From Octopus sinensis (lineage: Eukaryota): a DNA stretch of 64,000 nt. The notes under the pieces were generated by a model. It was given only the letters and a program-made list of their open reading frames with translations. It did not search any database and was not told the DNA's origin. Positions 40,780 to 56,601 of the stretch are shown here, in pieces. How positions within the stretch are numbered: position 1 is the first letter of the stretch; every line of letters starts with the position of its first letter. The position numbers were made by a program, and so were the translations under genes. Location of the stretch: NCBI RefSeq assembly GCF_006345805.1, contig NC_043014.1, positions 5,084,001 to 5,148,000 of the forward strand, given 5' to 3'.

Positions 40780-43172
40780 ATATATAGTTAAATTTAATCC
40801 AAACAAAAAAGCACAAAGAAACACATCAACGCGTGGACGTGGAACAAACATAGTATTATTGGACGCCCAGGAAAGAAAGAAAGAAGGAGGGTTTAACGTT
40901 TCGTGTGGAGCTCTTCGTCGGAAACATACGAGATGGAATGATCCAGAGGAGGGAATACAGGGGAAAAAATCGCCAAAGGTACACACGCACACACATTTTG
41001 AATGACCGGAAGGAAATGGGTGATGAAAAGTTCTTTCAAAGACAGGAGAGTGTTAGAGGAGGAGGAATGTGTGTGTAAGTGTGGATAAGAGCGTGTGCGG
41101 AGGTCTGCGTGTGCGCGTGTGTGTCAGTGTGTATGTGTGCAATAATAACACGTGTGTGTGTATGTGTGTGTGTGTGTGGTTGTGGCTGTTAAACTTTGCG
41201 TGTTGTAGGGTTAGTAGCGTTAAGGTCAACGAAGAAGGAATTGGGCGTGATTCCTTTTGTCTCTAGCACAGGTCAAGTAGTAGGTACTGCTAGTTTGATG
41301 TATGTGTGTGTGTGCGTGTATGTATATGTATCGTGTGTGTGTATTGTTTGTAGTGTGTGTGTGTGCATGTGTGTGTGTTCGTGTGTGTAGGCGTAGAGTT
41401 AGGGTGTTTGGCGAATAACAGTGCTTTACAGAGTGTATGTGTGCGTGTGTTTGTATGTGTATATGTGTGCAATGATGACACGTGTGCGTGTGTGTGTAGA
41501 GTTTGGGTGTGTGGCGAATAACTTTGCGTCTGTGTGTATACATGTATGTATAATTGTGCGCGTGTATGTATTATTGTGTACCGTGTGTATGGGACGTATG
41601 TGTGGGTTCATTTGTGTGTGTATGTATGTGCGTGCGTCTCGTATGTGCGTGTGTGCATGTACGTGTACGTTTGTATGTGTGTGTGTAAGCGTATATGGGT
41701 GTATATGCGTGTATCCGTGGGGTTGTGAGTTTTCGGTGTGTGCATTAATGTGCGTGTGTACGTGCGTATGTGTGCGCATGTTTTTACGTGCGTGTGTGTG
41801 TGTGTGTCTCTGTCTATATGTGTATACGGATGTGTATGTGTGTGCGTGTAGGCATATATTGTGTGTATGTATATGTATTGGTGTGTATGTGAATTTGTAC
41901 GTGCGTGTGTGTTTTGGGTTTTTCTGGAGTTGTGTGGGAGTAATGTGCGTGCGTGTGTGCGCTTAAGTACGTGTATGTGCGTGTGTGTCTCTGCCCATGT
42001 GTGTATAAGTGTGTGCGTATCTGTATGAGTATTGTTCGTTAAAGGTATATGTGGACATCTGTGCTGGTGTGTGTGTATTTACGTGTGTATGTATGTGTGT
42101 GTGTATTGTGTGCGTATGATGCATATATCTCCGTGATCACCGTCACAGACCAGTTGTTGATACATATCGCTGGTCACAATGCGCTTCGCGTTGTTTTAGC
42201 CTTCAAATGACGCCACCCCGCTGGTTAAGCGAGCAGGCCAACAGAAGAAAGGGAAAAAGTTGTAGAAAAAGAGTACAGCAGAGATCAACACAACCCATTC
42301 CCTGAGCCTCGTGGAGCATTAAACACTCACAACGCCCAGTCTGGGAATCGAAACCGCGATCCGACAACCATGAGTCCGCTGCCCTAACCACTGGGCCACT
42401 GCGCCTCCACCCAGACACACACACACACACATCACACATATATAAATACATATCGATATATACGCATGCACGTATACTTAAGCATACACACCATAAATAT
42501 CACAAATATACGTATCTACTTATACGCATACACAGACAAACGCACACATATATGTGAGTGGACATACACTGTGTAGTGTGATTTTTCGTGTACAATTGAG
42601 CACGTGTGTCTGTGTGCGTGCGTATGTGTGTGTGTTTGTGTTTATTTGTGCGTGTGTTTGTCCGTGTGTCTGTGTGTATGTATTTACATTCGTTCTTACA
42701 TATTGTCATATATAAAAACCAACGTGAATTACAGTGAAACATTACGAAATTCACCGATCTACATTGGCACTCGCACGTTTTATTTTCAGTTGGAAAGAAA
42801 AGATTCAAAAAAACTCGCCTCACTTTCGTTCCTGATGGAGAGAAATAGATAAATGTGTGTAAATATGTACGTATTCCTATGTGTGCGTGTGTGTGTGTTT
42901 GCATGTGTCTGTTTCTGTGCGTGTGCGAAAGTGTACAACTAGATATAATACTTAACACTAATATTAATAGGGCTAAACGTTGCAGCGACAGGGCATGGCC
43001 ATGCTAGAACCCCACCATTAGATTTTTTTCATTACGCACTTATTTCCCTCTCCAGGATTATGTCTGGTGAAAGAGCGATCGGACAGGAGTACAATTCCAC
43101 TCTTCTCTGTGTTTCCTTGGGATGTGTGTATATGTATATACATACATATATACATATATATACATATACATA

Positions 43173-43214
<42 letters not shown>

Positions 43215-43367
43215 TAGATAGTTAGATAGATAGATAGATAGGTAGATAAATAGATAGATAAATAGATAGTTAGATAGATAGATTGATAGATAGATAGGTA
43301 TGTATATACATTCGTAAGTATATATGTGTGTATGTATATATGACATGTATATATATATATATTTATG

Positions 43368-43401
<34 letters not shown>

Positions 43402-43470
43402 GAGGTACAATGGCCCAATGTTCGTAGGATCGCGCTTTCGATTCCCAGACCGAGCGGTGATATATGTATG

Positions 43471-43545
<75 letters not shown>

Positions 43546-43550
<5 letters not shown>

Positions 43551-43826
43551 TAATAAGGGTTTTTGGCAATAAGTTGCTAAACCACATACCGAAACTATTA
43601 GAAAAAGCAGTCAAAGGCCTACCATTTTTATCACAACAATGGTAGAAATGGTAGCCCTTTGACTGCTATTTCTAATATTTTCGGTATGTGGTTTAAGCAA
43701 CTTGTTGCAAAAAACCCTCATTATAATTGTTTAAATTTTTACCGTATATGGTCCTTTTCCATACCGAAATACTACTAGGTGAAATTTATTGATTTTATTA
43801 AATTAATTATATTTCACACATTATCT
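43546..43826. mobile_element. Hairpin insertion next to (TA)n in copy C intron 1
   Basis: About 85-bp imperfect inverted arms spanning 43546-43728 with a loop of about 6 nt; not present in the other copies. Confidence 0.55.
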
Positions 43827-44305
43827 GTATATATGTATATATATATATTACAGTGTCTGTGTGGGAAAACACTTGCTTCTTAACCACAAGGTATTCTGTT
43901 CATTCCCACTGCGTAGAAAATTTGACGAATGCCTACCACTATAACCTCGAGTTGACCAGAGCCATGTCAGTAGATTTGGTAGATTGAGACTGAAATAAGG
44001 GTGCTAAACACACACACACACACACACACACGGACACACACACACACACACAAACACACGGATGTGTATGTATGTATGTATATACGTATTATGTATGTGT
44101 CTGTGATTGTCGCACCACTATCGCTTCTCAACTGATATCGGTGTGTTTACGTCCCCGTTACATAGCGGTTCGGCTAGAGATATCGATAGAATGAGCACTA
44201 GGCTTACAAAGAATAATTGCCAAAGTCGATTCGTCCTACTAAACGCAGTGCTCTAGCATGGCCGCAGTCAAATTACTGAAACGGGTAAAAGAATATATTT
44301 ATATA

Positions 44306-44345
<40 letters not shown>

Positions 44346-44825
44346 TATATACGTATGTATAGATAAATAGAGAGAGAGAGAGAGATGGACAGAGAGATAC
44401 AGTGATAGATACGCACACGCATATATTTGTTTGTATATATATATCTATATATGTTCACGCACTATTATATTCATATATATGTATATTTATATATACATAT
44501 ATATGTATATTATATATACAAATATATGTACATGTATATATATGTATGTTTAGGTGTGTGCGCCTGTGTTTTCGTGTGTGATCTTATGTGTGTGTGTGCG
44601 CGCTCTATAGGAACATATGTACGTGATTCAGGCATACATCCTTACATCCATCTATCCATCCGTACGTACATACATCCATATATTCATACATACATACGTT
44701 GATGCATACATACATACATACATGCATCCACATATTAATACATACATACGTAAATGCATACATACATACATGCATATATAAATACATAAAGACATAAATA
44801 TATTAACACAAAATCCATGACTTAC

Positions 44826-44969
44826 CGTTTTCGACTTCTCTTCCATTTTTCCTATTCTTGAATCTTGATGAAGAATCACGATCGTCAGAACGAGAAGAAC
44901 CCCAAAAGCTATGAGAGAAGAAATGGAATAACGCTGCGAAATATTCCTGGAGAGTTGTGCGAAATCCAT
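44826..44969 (-). CDS. Copy C exon 1 (signal/anchor)
   Basis: Same 48-aa peptide, GTAAGT donor. Confidence 0.85.
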
Positions 44970-46113
44970 TCTGGTGACAGTTGTCGGTCGTACGTGATAC
45001 TTCGTGTGGCTTCAACAAAAGATCGAGATGCGAGGTTGAAGCTGAAGACCTGTAACTGAATTCCACGTATTTATTGAGCGCACAACAACCCAGCTCTGGC
45101 AGAGATCTTATCGTAAATTTATGAACCAATGCGATTGGTGGAACTGTAAAAGCGGGTGTGAACGCGTCTGACAGGTTTAATTATTGGAAAGAGATGGTTT
45201 GATATAGTCACACAATAATTAGCAAAATATTTTGATGAATGAGAGACACGTGTAAAGTGAAATGATTCCTGTTTCTGGATATATTATGATATATTTATTT
45301 ACTAATGTTGTTATTTAATTTTATTTGTAATTCTTGGGAAACTGTTTTAATATTCAGTGTGGGAAGTATTTCGTTCAACAGACGAATACACAGACACACA
45401 AAACACAGACACACAAACACACACACACACACACACTGACACACACACACACTCCCACACGCACACGCACACAAAACGTACACACACACAAACACACACA
45501 CACACACTGACACACACACACACTCACACACTGACACACACACACACACACACACAGACAGACATACACACGCACACACTGACATACATACACACACACA
45601 CACTGACACACACACACCGACACACACACAAATACAAACACACATACACACTGACACACACACACACACACACACTCTCACACACACACACTGACACACA
45701 CACACACACATACACTGACACACACAGACACACACACACACACTGACATACACACACACACACTGACACATACACACACACACTGACACACACACACGCA
45801 CACACACACTGACACACATACACACACTGACATACACACACGCACACTGAGACACACACACACACACTCACACACACACACACACTGACATACTCATACA
45901 CACATACACACATTAACACACACACACACATTCACACACACATATTCACACACACACACATACACTGACGCACACACACACATATACACTGATACACACA
46001 CACACACACACTGACACACACAGACACACACTGACCCACACACCATGACTCACACACACTGACACACACACACGCTGAGACACACACACACACATACACA
46101 CACACGGACACAT

Positions 46114-46146
<33 letters not shown>

Positions 46147-47835
46147 TACACACAAATATGCGGGAAAATGCGGGCCCGTCCGAGCGACCGCAGTTACTGT
46201 TGGGGCACAAGGTTGAGGTCAACTCCTCTAGCGAAGTATTTATGAAAGAGAAATACCGAAGGGAGGTAACTCACGACAGACTCCAGCCTGGCGCTCTAAT
46301 GGCGTCACTTACTCGTTGTTGTTGACTATGTTTAAGTTAAAGCTATGGCTTTAAGTTTGTCCAGATATTCCCCTCTTCGGTATTTTCTTTTGATAACGAC
46401 TGAACTGGAATCCGATAGGGAGCAGCACTGGACTGATATGCTGTTTTTGCCGCTTTTTGCACTGAATTTGCCTTTAGAGTTTGAAATATGCCATTAGCAC
46501 ATTTTAACGAACCCAAAAATTGCTTACGCCTAATACTGAGCGCTAATACTGTTCACTGGAAACGCCATGTTGAATGTTTCCATATATTCATTTGTCAATT
46601 TGCATTTCGTGCTTTCATATTACTTAATTATTATTCTTTTTCTCTAGCTTTTTCACAATCGAGCATTCTTATGGCACGCAATTAATCGGACAAAAAAACG
46701 TGCTGCCACCCACAGATCCCTCTTTCCACGGATACCTTCGTTTATCTGGCAGCCATTCTACAAACTCCCACATACAAGGAGCAATCATGCTGGGTAGAGT
46801 GTGAAACACTCAACATGTTGCACTGATTCCACCTAATGTATATTTTATAAGTGCTGTTCCTTTCCTTACTAAGTCGTTTATGTGTGTTACAGTTATTGTA
46901 TGCATGTATCTCGAAGCAAGTTCCTCTTCTGCGAGTTTGATAGTTTTATGTTACAGATCGCGATAATTTGTTGAATTCGATGTTTTGTGGTGTTACTGTA
47001 GATTCGGTTGATGCTGTTCTTGAAGTGTACTCATATTTCTTGGTGGTTTCATATTTTATTTTGGCACATCAGTGTTCAGGGAGCGATAAGAGGCTGCGTG
47101 TGTAATGTGACGCGAGGCTGTGTGTGTGTGATTTTTATAGAAAAGCGGGAATATGTGAATGTAGGTTGAAAATATTTCATCGTGGGACGTGTACTTGTAC
47201 CCTTGTCGAAAGAGTTTTGTGAAAACTTCAATGTGTTCGTAACCTGACAAGTAGTTAGGTAGTCAACATTTTTTGGTATTTCTTCAGTGGATATCAAATA
47301 TCCTTTATTAGGAAATATCCGCCATTGGATTGCAGAGATTTCTTCGCATTGATTGTAGTTACAATGATACGTATGGGAGTATTTTTTTTATTAAACCATC
47401 ATGATTTAGTGATGTTAGTTATAAGCTTTTATCGTGTTTTTTGAAGATTGATCATGAAAGGGAGATATATTTGTACGGAGGTGTTTCATTTGGGGATTGT
47501 TTTCATTTTAAGACGGAATACAACACACATTTAAACGAATCATCATTTTATTTTAAATTTTAAATTTGATAAACTGAACCACATACAATGTATTCTAGAA
47601 TCATTCCCTGGGGATTACATCGTTCTGTTAAGCTATTTGTCACATTCTATGACGTCTCTGTTGTTTCGTTTTGAATATTTTCTGAAAACTTCTATCAAAA
47701 ATTTATTTAACGACATATATTAGTTGGATAAAATACTGCGAAACACAATTACAAGAAACGTATATGTTGCTTTAAAATATTATATTTTAGGAATCGCCAA
47801 CAAATTTTCATATAGAAACGAATGTAAATTTCTAT

Positions 47836-48335
47836 TCAATATTTACTGCACACAACACAGGTTAATTCTCGACCATCGACATACGGTGGACATGGCAATG
47901 AACCACAAGCAGCCTGAACGAAATACAGTAGAGCTCCATTTTCGTTTCTGTAACCTGCTGGATCAGCTTCTGGTGCATAATCTACACACACATATTCTTG
48001 CCTGCCCTTTTCTGCGTGATGACTAGCCATCAAATATCCTGAATACTCAGCTGTCCAACCAGGGTAACACTTTGTCCTGGCTGGTAACATCATAACGACA
48101 GCAGGTTGTCGTGTCAAACAGACAGCGCACGGAACGTTGTGCTCATGAATTGATTCAGCGTTAGCAAAAGAAAAGAGTTTATTAGTCGGGTAATACTGTA
48201 GTTGATATTCACTGCCATGAATGTAACCACCTTTTTCAACTTCTGTCGTATAATTGGCCCAAATGGGGTCGTTAGGTAGACACAAGAGATTACTTCCGCC
48301 ACCTGTGTGGTCGTACCATTGTCCACCAGCCACAC
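47836..48335 (-). CDS. Copy D exon 4, C4-like domain
   Basis: Acceptor aattcaag; open to stop. Confidence 0.92.
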
Positions 48336-48556
48336 CTTGAATTAGTAAGAATAAATCAATTAAAAAAGATATTAAGCAAAATTATATATGAAATAACGGA
48401 AACATTCATTACAATTTTTCACTTAAAAGAAGTCATGCTTAGTCACGTGTGAACGAATTGTGGTGTATATATGTTAGTGTTTATATGAGTGTAAACTGTG
48501 TGTTGCTGAATCGTAACTGTACATATACCTTCTCATATATATATATATATATATAT

Positions 48557-48959
48557 AATTTGATCAAAATAAAAACATGATGCCAAGGATTCAGCGGTAC
48601 ATATGTTTCGGGCCTTTATTAGACAGATTTATAACAATGCATAATGTATGTCTGTGGCCTTCTTCAGCCGCGCACAACAACTTCTTCCACAAGGACATGT
48701 GTTACATCAATAATTCTTGGTTGATGATGCAAATCCTCTCATTCGCGTACGACTTAATGCGGCAACAGCATAGAAGTGAAGCGTCCATCTCGTTCTTCTC
48801 TCAATGTAGAATGTCTAATAAAGGCCCGAAACATATGTACCGCTGAATCCTTGGCATCATGTTTTTATTTTGATGAATTTATTCCACCACCTACACCACC
48901 TAACTGTATATACAGGTGCTTACATTTATCAAGTACTCACCCCGAATTTCTGTACTCAA

Positions 48960-48961
<2 letters not shown>
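48557..48961. mobile_element. Fold-back (TA)n insertion in copy D intron 3, Penelope-like remnant
   Basis: About 65-bp near-perfect inverted arms 48557-48625 and 48812-48879; degenerate hammerhead-like ctaataaaggcccgaaacatatgta. Confidence 0.5.
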
Positions 48962-49003
<42 letters not shown>

Positions 49004-50534
49004 TATATATATATGTATGTATATGTATGTATATATATCGTAGTAAGCAACGAGGATATCCAGAGATAATGCGGCACGATTGTTTCATGCAACTCCATTT
49101 ATATATATATATGTTTTGTGTATGCGGGTAAGTATTTGTGGTTACGACTTGGATTATTATGTATGTTTGCATGGGGTAGGTGTTTTTCGGTTGATGTGAA
49201 TAGATGGAGGAAAAGAACGATATTTTATAACGCATGCACTCGTGTTTATTTGAAATGGAAAAGATGTTCACGTGTGAACGCGGATATTTTGGGTGGTGGA
49301 AATTGTTGGTGGTTTGAGTAGGACAATACGGGAGACGACGAGATGCAGAGATGTGGTGGGTAACCGTCGATGAAATGTTGTTTAGTTGATCAAACGAGAG
49401 TCTGGCTAAACCTCTCGTTTAGACTCGGACGAATCAGGCTTACAAAGACGTTATGATCACACAGACTTTTTTTCATGTAATACACAGAAACGAGGTGGGA
49501 GGAAAAATTGTGAGGTTCAGTGATGGCGTAGTTCTAAAGATGAATGGACGGCGGAGTGGGCGACCGATAAAGGATACGTGTAGGGTTTATAGAGAGAAGA
49601 TTCGGAGCACTTTTAGGGAATGTGAGGTTGATTGGGGAAGAGGTTTGTAGCAGCAGTTTTGAATTGGAAGTTTCGGAATTACCTTACAAAGATATACTGG
49701 ATAATTAATGAGGTGATGTGGTGCATGAAAAGAGCAAGGTTTTAGCGATAGGACGATTTCGGTGAGGCGGAGAAGAATGGAAGTGCATTCTGTACTCTGT
49801 TGTGTTCTCTCACTAATATTTAGTCTCTCTATATTTTACTTAATGAATTAAGTCCTTCGCTTTTTCCATCAGTTACAATATGTGGCTTGTCCAGTCCTCA
49901 TTCTACATTGTGCGTTCATTCCATTAATATTTTACAGTCACTGTCATCAATTCTAATAGACTCAATTCAATTTAACCCACACCGACGATCATTGGGCACT
50001 CTAGTTAATGATAGTCACGTGGCCACTATTCAGCTCTGGTCACTCACGTACAATACCACCATCCGTAGCCTGTACAATTGATCACCAGTTAGCAGCCTCG
50101 GTATTTGATATCTACAATCCAAAGCTGGTCAGCCTGAAATTCTTGATCGCCATGGTGGTTTTCAGTCCAGCCCTGTCTGTAATTTAACGTAGACATATCT
50201 ATATATTCTGTAGTTAGACAACATCCTTTTCACTTTGTCCGTAGTAGACAACATATAATATTCTGATTTGACCAAATACCTACAAAGGAGTAAGCAGTCT
50301 TGTGTAGTGTCTGTATAGTCTACAGGTATAGACGTTTGAAACGTGACATATCATAAAAGGATTTGAGAATGTTTATGTCAGACAACCCGACAAAGGGTGA
50401 GTGTGTGCGCATGTGCGTGAGAGAGAGGGTGAGAGAGAAAGAGAGGCAACAAAAAGAGAGAATGAGAGGTATAAAAAGAGAACAAGCGAAAGACAAAAAG
50501 AGAATGAGAGGTCAGAAATATAAAGTATACTAAC

Positions 50535-50609
50535 CGTCATATACAAGGTTTGAATAAGGAGGACAAGTTGTTCTGCCCCACCGGGTATACAATGATCCGA
50601 GACCGGGTT
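50535..50609 (-). CDS. Copy D exon 3
   Basis: 75 nt, PGLGSLYTRWGRTTCPPYSNLVYD. Confidence 0.9.
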
Positions 50610-53170
50610 CTGTGAAATTAAAATGAAATAATGTAGTTTAAAAGAAAGAATTGGGGGATCATTTACAAAGTAGGTTTTTGGATGGGAAGGAATTGATGGA
50701 GAAGAGAGAAATATAGAATTTAAGAAAGAACGAGTGAATGAATGAAAGTCAGAACGAAAGATGTAAATAATAAGAATAAATTGTAAAGAAAGAAAAAAGA
50801 CATTTGTCTGTTGAGCCTGTTGGTGACGTTGATGTCAAAGATTTGAGAGATTAATCTCAGAATATCAGAATGTGTATCGGTCTCCGCTATGAACGGATAT
50901 ATGTATGATACGTAATCTTGGGTATGAGTATATATACTTCTCAATAGAATAATGATAAAATATTCGCCATGTGCGAATATTCATCGGTCAATTACATATA
51001 TCAGTTTGGAGCTCGGCGCAAATAAGGCCATCATAACTACAATATGAAACTAACAACCATACCGCATCATTTGTCGATTTAGTTAAAAGACATCGCATCC
51101 GTATCTCGAGTAGAGGAGTCCGATCGATAAATGTATAGCACAACCCACCCAATACCGGTGCAACCAGCAAGAAACCTGCAAATTGATCTGGGGTGCGTGG
51201 GGTGGGAGCACAAAATTGACGGTCTCAGGACACGAAAGCAGATCAAGAAGGGAACAACCTTTAATAATTGAGAATTAAAACGTCAACATTGTTAGTTATA
51301 ATCTGCCTGTAAGATATAATCGGTGTCTCCTCTACAAAATTTCCTTTCTCCGATAGCGTACACCTGGATAAATGCTTGAAACTCCACTACGCAACTCTGG
51401 TGCCAACAATGTCTGCACAGGTGGGATTAGGATACTCTCAATCCCCAGCTTTCGGACTGTATTATGGAGTGCAACCTACTAGGTGTGAGGGTTCACCTCT
51501 TGAAGCTAAGGCTGAATATGAAGGACCACTGTGGCTGCTGTAAGTATATGCAGCAAACAGCGGGGTCAAATACAAATCCTTCCTAAGCAAATTCACCTCA
51601 GCTTTAGATATATTTGGGGTAAAGTCATTTGTCGTGCATGGTGACTTCAGTGCACAGCTTGGCACTGATAACCGTGAGAAGGATTGATTGGAAGGAATGT
51701 CGTCAGTGAACTTAATGGAGAGATCATAGCAGCCTTCAGTGCAGGATACACACTCTCCTCTCTATGGTATAGATATTATTTGAAGACAGGGATATTTATA
51801 AGGGTGCCTGGTATAGAAATACTTGGTGACAGAGGTTTATGATAGATTTCGGTCATCTTTCACTCTTTGCTGAACGTTCGGGTAAAAGGAGGGTTGGAGT
51901 TGTCAACTCGTCACTACCTAAATGTCTAAAAACCTGAAAATTCCTACAGTCTGCCGAACACTGGAAATTGGTAAGCCGTGGATGCTGGGATAAGAAACGA
52001 AAATGTGGAGACTTTTGCACCCAAATTGTGAGTGACCCGCCTGAATTAAGTTGGACATCGAAATGGATTCGTGGTTGTATTATTATTTTCGGCAGGTTCT
52101 TCTTCGGTTGAACGCTTATTTGAGCTGAACTCACTTAAAAGTGTTAATGCTGCCGGTGAAAAGCGCGTTCGGCTTGATATTTTAGAAACCTTAAATACAG
52201 ATGGTATTCTCTGAGTGAGCCATGTACGCTAGGTGGATGGGACCCCTGGAAAAAACACCAAGGCAATGGTAATATGGGGTGACAATCACAATTTTTTCCA
52301 ACAGAGACCAAAGATTGTGTTCTAATTATAGAAAAGTCTAAACTAAATGTCAGGAAAAGATATGTAGGGAAATTTTCATGGCCAAGATTACTGTCAGGGA
52401 CGCAGTACACCCGACCAGATAGTCATTCAAAGACAAATCTTGCAGCAAACATTGAAATATTTCCAAGGTTTATACGCTGTAAACCACGAAAAGGCAGACG
52501 ATCACGTGCCCTGGGACATGTTGCGGTGGGTTTACGAGGAAGGTGATTTTACTGGGCAAATACTTGTTGCCATAAAGTACTTATATTTATGTTCAAATGT
52601 TTGTATTTAAGCAAATGTCGAAAGTTTCAACTTGAAGGTTTCACTTAGTTGAAGTGTGCATTGTTAGTGTCCCTTCTCACATTCTTTTTTGTGAACTGGT
52701 TGAATAAGCGTGGCCATTGTGGTAGAGGTATCCCGATTCATCTCCACTTGATCGGTCGTCTGTTATTTGTAGACGACATCCTGCTACCTGATTCGTCTGA
52801 TGGTCACCAACAACATGCACTGAATGGGTTGGCTGCCGAGTACACCAAGGCAGGATTGACAAATACGCAATTTGTAGGAAAGTGGAACATCATTATTTCG
52901 GGTTTCTATTCACGAATGATTGGAAGCACAAGAGTGGACAGAATGCAGAATCGTAGATATAAACGCAGTGAAGCGCGGGCACGGGCATTTGATTCTCAGA
53001 TGAAGAGGGCTTGGTACAATTATCGAGGTAGCACTGGATATATACTCATATACACACAATATTGTGGACATATGGATAGTAATTTGGAACTAATTTAAAG
53101 TTGGTGAAATTATAAATCATTAGTTAATGAGACACGGGTAAAAGACTTTAGCCATAAAATTAGTTCTTAC

Positions 53171-53222
53171 TTGGTGTGTCATCAGGTTTATCGTCGAGAG
53201 ATTTCTTGGAGATGAAACGGTT
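53171..53222 (-). CDS. Copy D exon 2
   Basis: 52 nt, AG/GT flanked, same peptide. Confidence 0.8.
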
Positions 53223-53929
53223 CTGTGAAAAAATAGAAATAGCATCATATAAATAGAACTTCAGGGTATTTATTATCGTTTAGAACTTAAAACAATACAA
53301 TGAATGACAACATATTCGGGCAGGTATCATTGCCAACACTACCATCTCAACCCCTTAGGAATCTTGTAGAAGGCGCTTCAATCCAGTCAAATGATTTTCT
53401 GAAGAATGTCAGAAAATACAATTCTGCATTTCAAATGACATCGTATGGTGAATCTAAGAAGATAGATAAACATGAATTTACGCCGACGTCAAAGATCAAG
53501 GGCAACTCTATCCCCTCATTGGTTCCCTGGTAACCGCGAATGAACAACCACAGTTCCTCCAAATTTGCACTATGAGTGATGTAGGACAAGAAACCCGACG
53601 TGAGGTGCCAAAATTTCCGATGATGGGTCGTGTTAGACACAGCGCACACTGCTACAAAGGAGAGTATATCCACTGACAGCATTTCGGTGCCTTCAAAAAT
53701 CACACAAACCCCACCTCCAATTTAGCATGACAGGTTAGGGCCTGAATCACTCCAAATGGACGCATAGCATGTTGCTTAGTCGAATTATCCCAGCATTTAC
53801 TCTACAAATGTTTTGTTGTCAATGTTGCACTTTCCCATATCAACTGATTCAAAACGACTGGAATATATTATATACCAGATTTGCCATGTTAATCCCCAGC
53901 AATACCGGGTATGTCTGCTAGTACACACA

Positions 53930-53974
<45 letters not shown>

Positions 53975-54003
53975 ACATATACACACACATATTTCTACAT
54001 GTA

Positions 54004-54035
<32 letters not shown>

Positions 54036-55811
54036 AAACACACACACACATGTATATATATAGTTAAATTTAATCCAAATAAGAAAGCACAAAAAAACAC
54101 AACAACGCAAGGACGTGGATCAAAGATAGTATTATTGGACGCCCAGGAAAGAAAGAAAGAAGAAGGGTTTAACGTTTCGGGTGGAGCTCTTCGTCGGAAA
54201 CATACGAGATGGAAAGATCCAGAGGAGGGAAGACAGAGGAAAAAATCGCCAACGGTACACACGCGTCACATTTTGAATAACCGGAAGGAAATGGGTGATG
54301 AAAAGTTCTTTCAAAGACAGGAGAGTGGTAGAGGAGGAGAAATGTGTGTGTAAGTGTGAATAAGAGCGTGAGCGGTGGTCTGCGTGTGTATGTCTGTGTG
54401 TATGTGTGCAATAATGACACGTGTGTGTGTGTGTGTGTGCATGTGTGTGTGTTTGTGGCTGTTAAACTTTGCGTGTTGTAGGGTTAGTAGTGTTAAGGTC
54501 AAGGAAGAAGGAATTGGGCGTGGCTCCTTTTGTCTCTACCACAGGTCAAGTAGTAGGTACTGCTAGTTTGAAGTATGTGTGTGTGTGTGTGCGTGTATGT
54601 ATATGTATCGTGTGTGTGCATTGTTTGTAGTGTGTGTGTGTGCATGTGTGTGTGTTCGTGTGTGTAGGCGTAGAGTTAGGGTGGCGAATAACACTGCTTT
54701 ACAGAGTGTATGTGTTTGTGTGTGTATGTGTATATGCGTGCAATGATGACACGTGTGCGTGTGTGTGTAGAGTTTGGGTGTGTGGCGAATAACTGTGTGT
54801 ATGTGTGTGTACATGTATGTATAATTGTGCGCGTGTATGTATTATTGTGTACCGTGTGTATGGGACGTATGTGTGAGTTCATTTGTGTGTGTGTGTATGT
54901 ATGTGCGTGTGTCTCGTATGTGCGTGAGTGCATGTACGTGTAGGTTTGTATGTGTGTGTGTAAGCGTATATGGGTGCATATACGTGTATCCGTGGGGTTG
55001 TGAGTTTTCTGTGTGTGCATTAATGTGCGTGTGTACGTGCGTATGTGTGCGCATGTTTTTGCGTGCGTGTGTGTGTGTGTCTCTGTCTATATGTGTATAC
55101 GGATGTGTATGTGTGTGCGTGTAGGCATATATTGTGTGTATGTATATGTATCGGTGTGTATGTGGATTTGTACATGCGTGTGTGTTTTGGGTTTTTCTGG
55201 ACTTTTGTGGGAGTAATGTGCGTGCGTGTGTGCGCTTAAGTACGTGTATGTGCGTGTGTGTCTGTGCCCATGTGTGTATGAGTGTGTGCGTATCTGTATG
55301 AGTATCGTTAAATGTATATGTGGACATCTGTGCTGGTGTGTGTGTATGTACGTGTGGATGCGTGTGTGCGTGTATTGCGTGCTTATGATGCATATATCTC
55401 CGTGATCACCGTCACAGACCACTTGTTGCTACATAACGCTGGTCACAATGCGCTTCGCGTTGTTTTAGCCTTCAAATGACGCCACCCCGCGGGCTAAGCG
55501 AGCAGGTCAACAGAAGAAAGGGAGAAAGTTGTAGCGAAAGAGTACAGCAGAGATCAACACAACCCACTCCTTGAGCCTCGTGGAGCATTAAACACTCACA
55601 ACGCCCAGTCTGGGAATCGAAACCGCGATCCTACAAACGTGACTCCGCTGCACTAATCACTGGGCCACTGCGCTTCACACACACACCAAAGCCATGTCAG
55701 TAAATTTGGTAGATTGAGACTGAAAGAAGGGTGCTATACACACACACACACAAAACACACACACACACACAACACACATACATATACAAACACACACACA
55801 CACAAACACAT

Positions 55812-55842
<31 letters not shown>

Positions 55843-56554
55843 CACATCAATATATACGTATCTACTTATACGCATACACACACACAAACGCACACATATA
55901 TGTGAGTGGACATTCACTGTATAGTGTGGTTGTTCGTGTACAATTGAGCACGTGTGTCTGTGTGTGTGCGTCTGTGTGTGTGTTTGTGTTTATTTGTGCG
56001 TGTGTTTGTCCGTGTGTCTGTGTGTATGTATTTACATTCGTTCTTACATATTGTCATATATAAAAACCAACGTGAATTACAGTCAAACATTACGAAATTC
56101 ACCGATCTACATTGGCACTCGCACGTTTTATTTTCAGTTGGAAAGAAAAGATTCAAAAAAACTCGCCTCACTTCCGTTCCTGATGGAGAGAAATAGATAA
56201 ATGTGTGTAAATATGTACGTATTCCTATGTGTGCGTGAGTGTGTGTGTTTGTATGTGTCTGTTTCTGTGCGTGTGTGTAAGTGTACATCTAGATATAATA
56301 CTTAACACTAATATTAATAGGGCTAAACGTTGCAGCGACAGGGCATGGCCATGCTGGAACCCCAACATTAGATTCTTTTCATTACGCACTTATTTCCCAT
56401 TCCAGGATAATGTCTGGTGAAAGAGCGATCGGACAGGAGTACAATTCCACCCTTCTTTGTGTTTCCTTGGGATGTGTGTATATGTATATATACATACATA
56501 CATATATATACATATACATATACATATATATATATATATAGATAGATAGATAGT

Positions 56555-56601
<47 letters not shown>

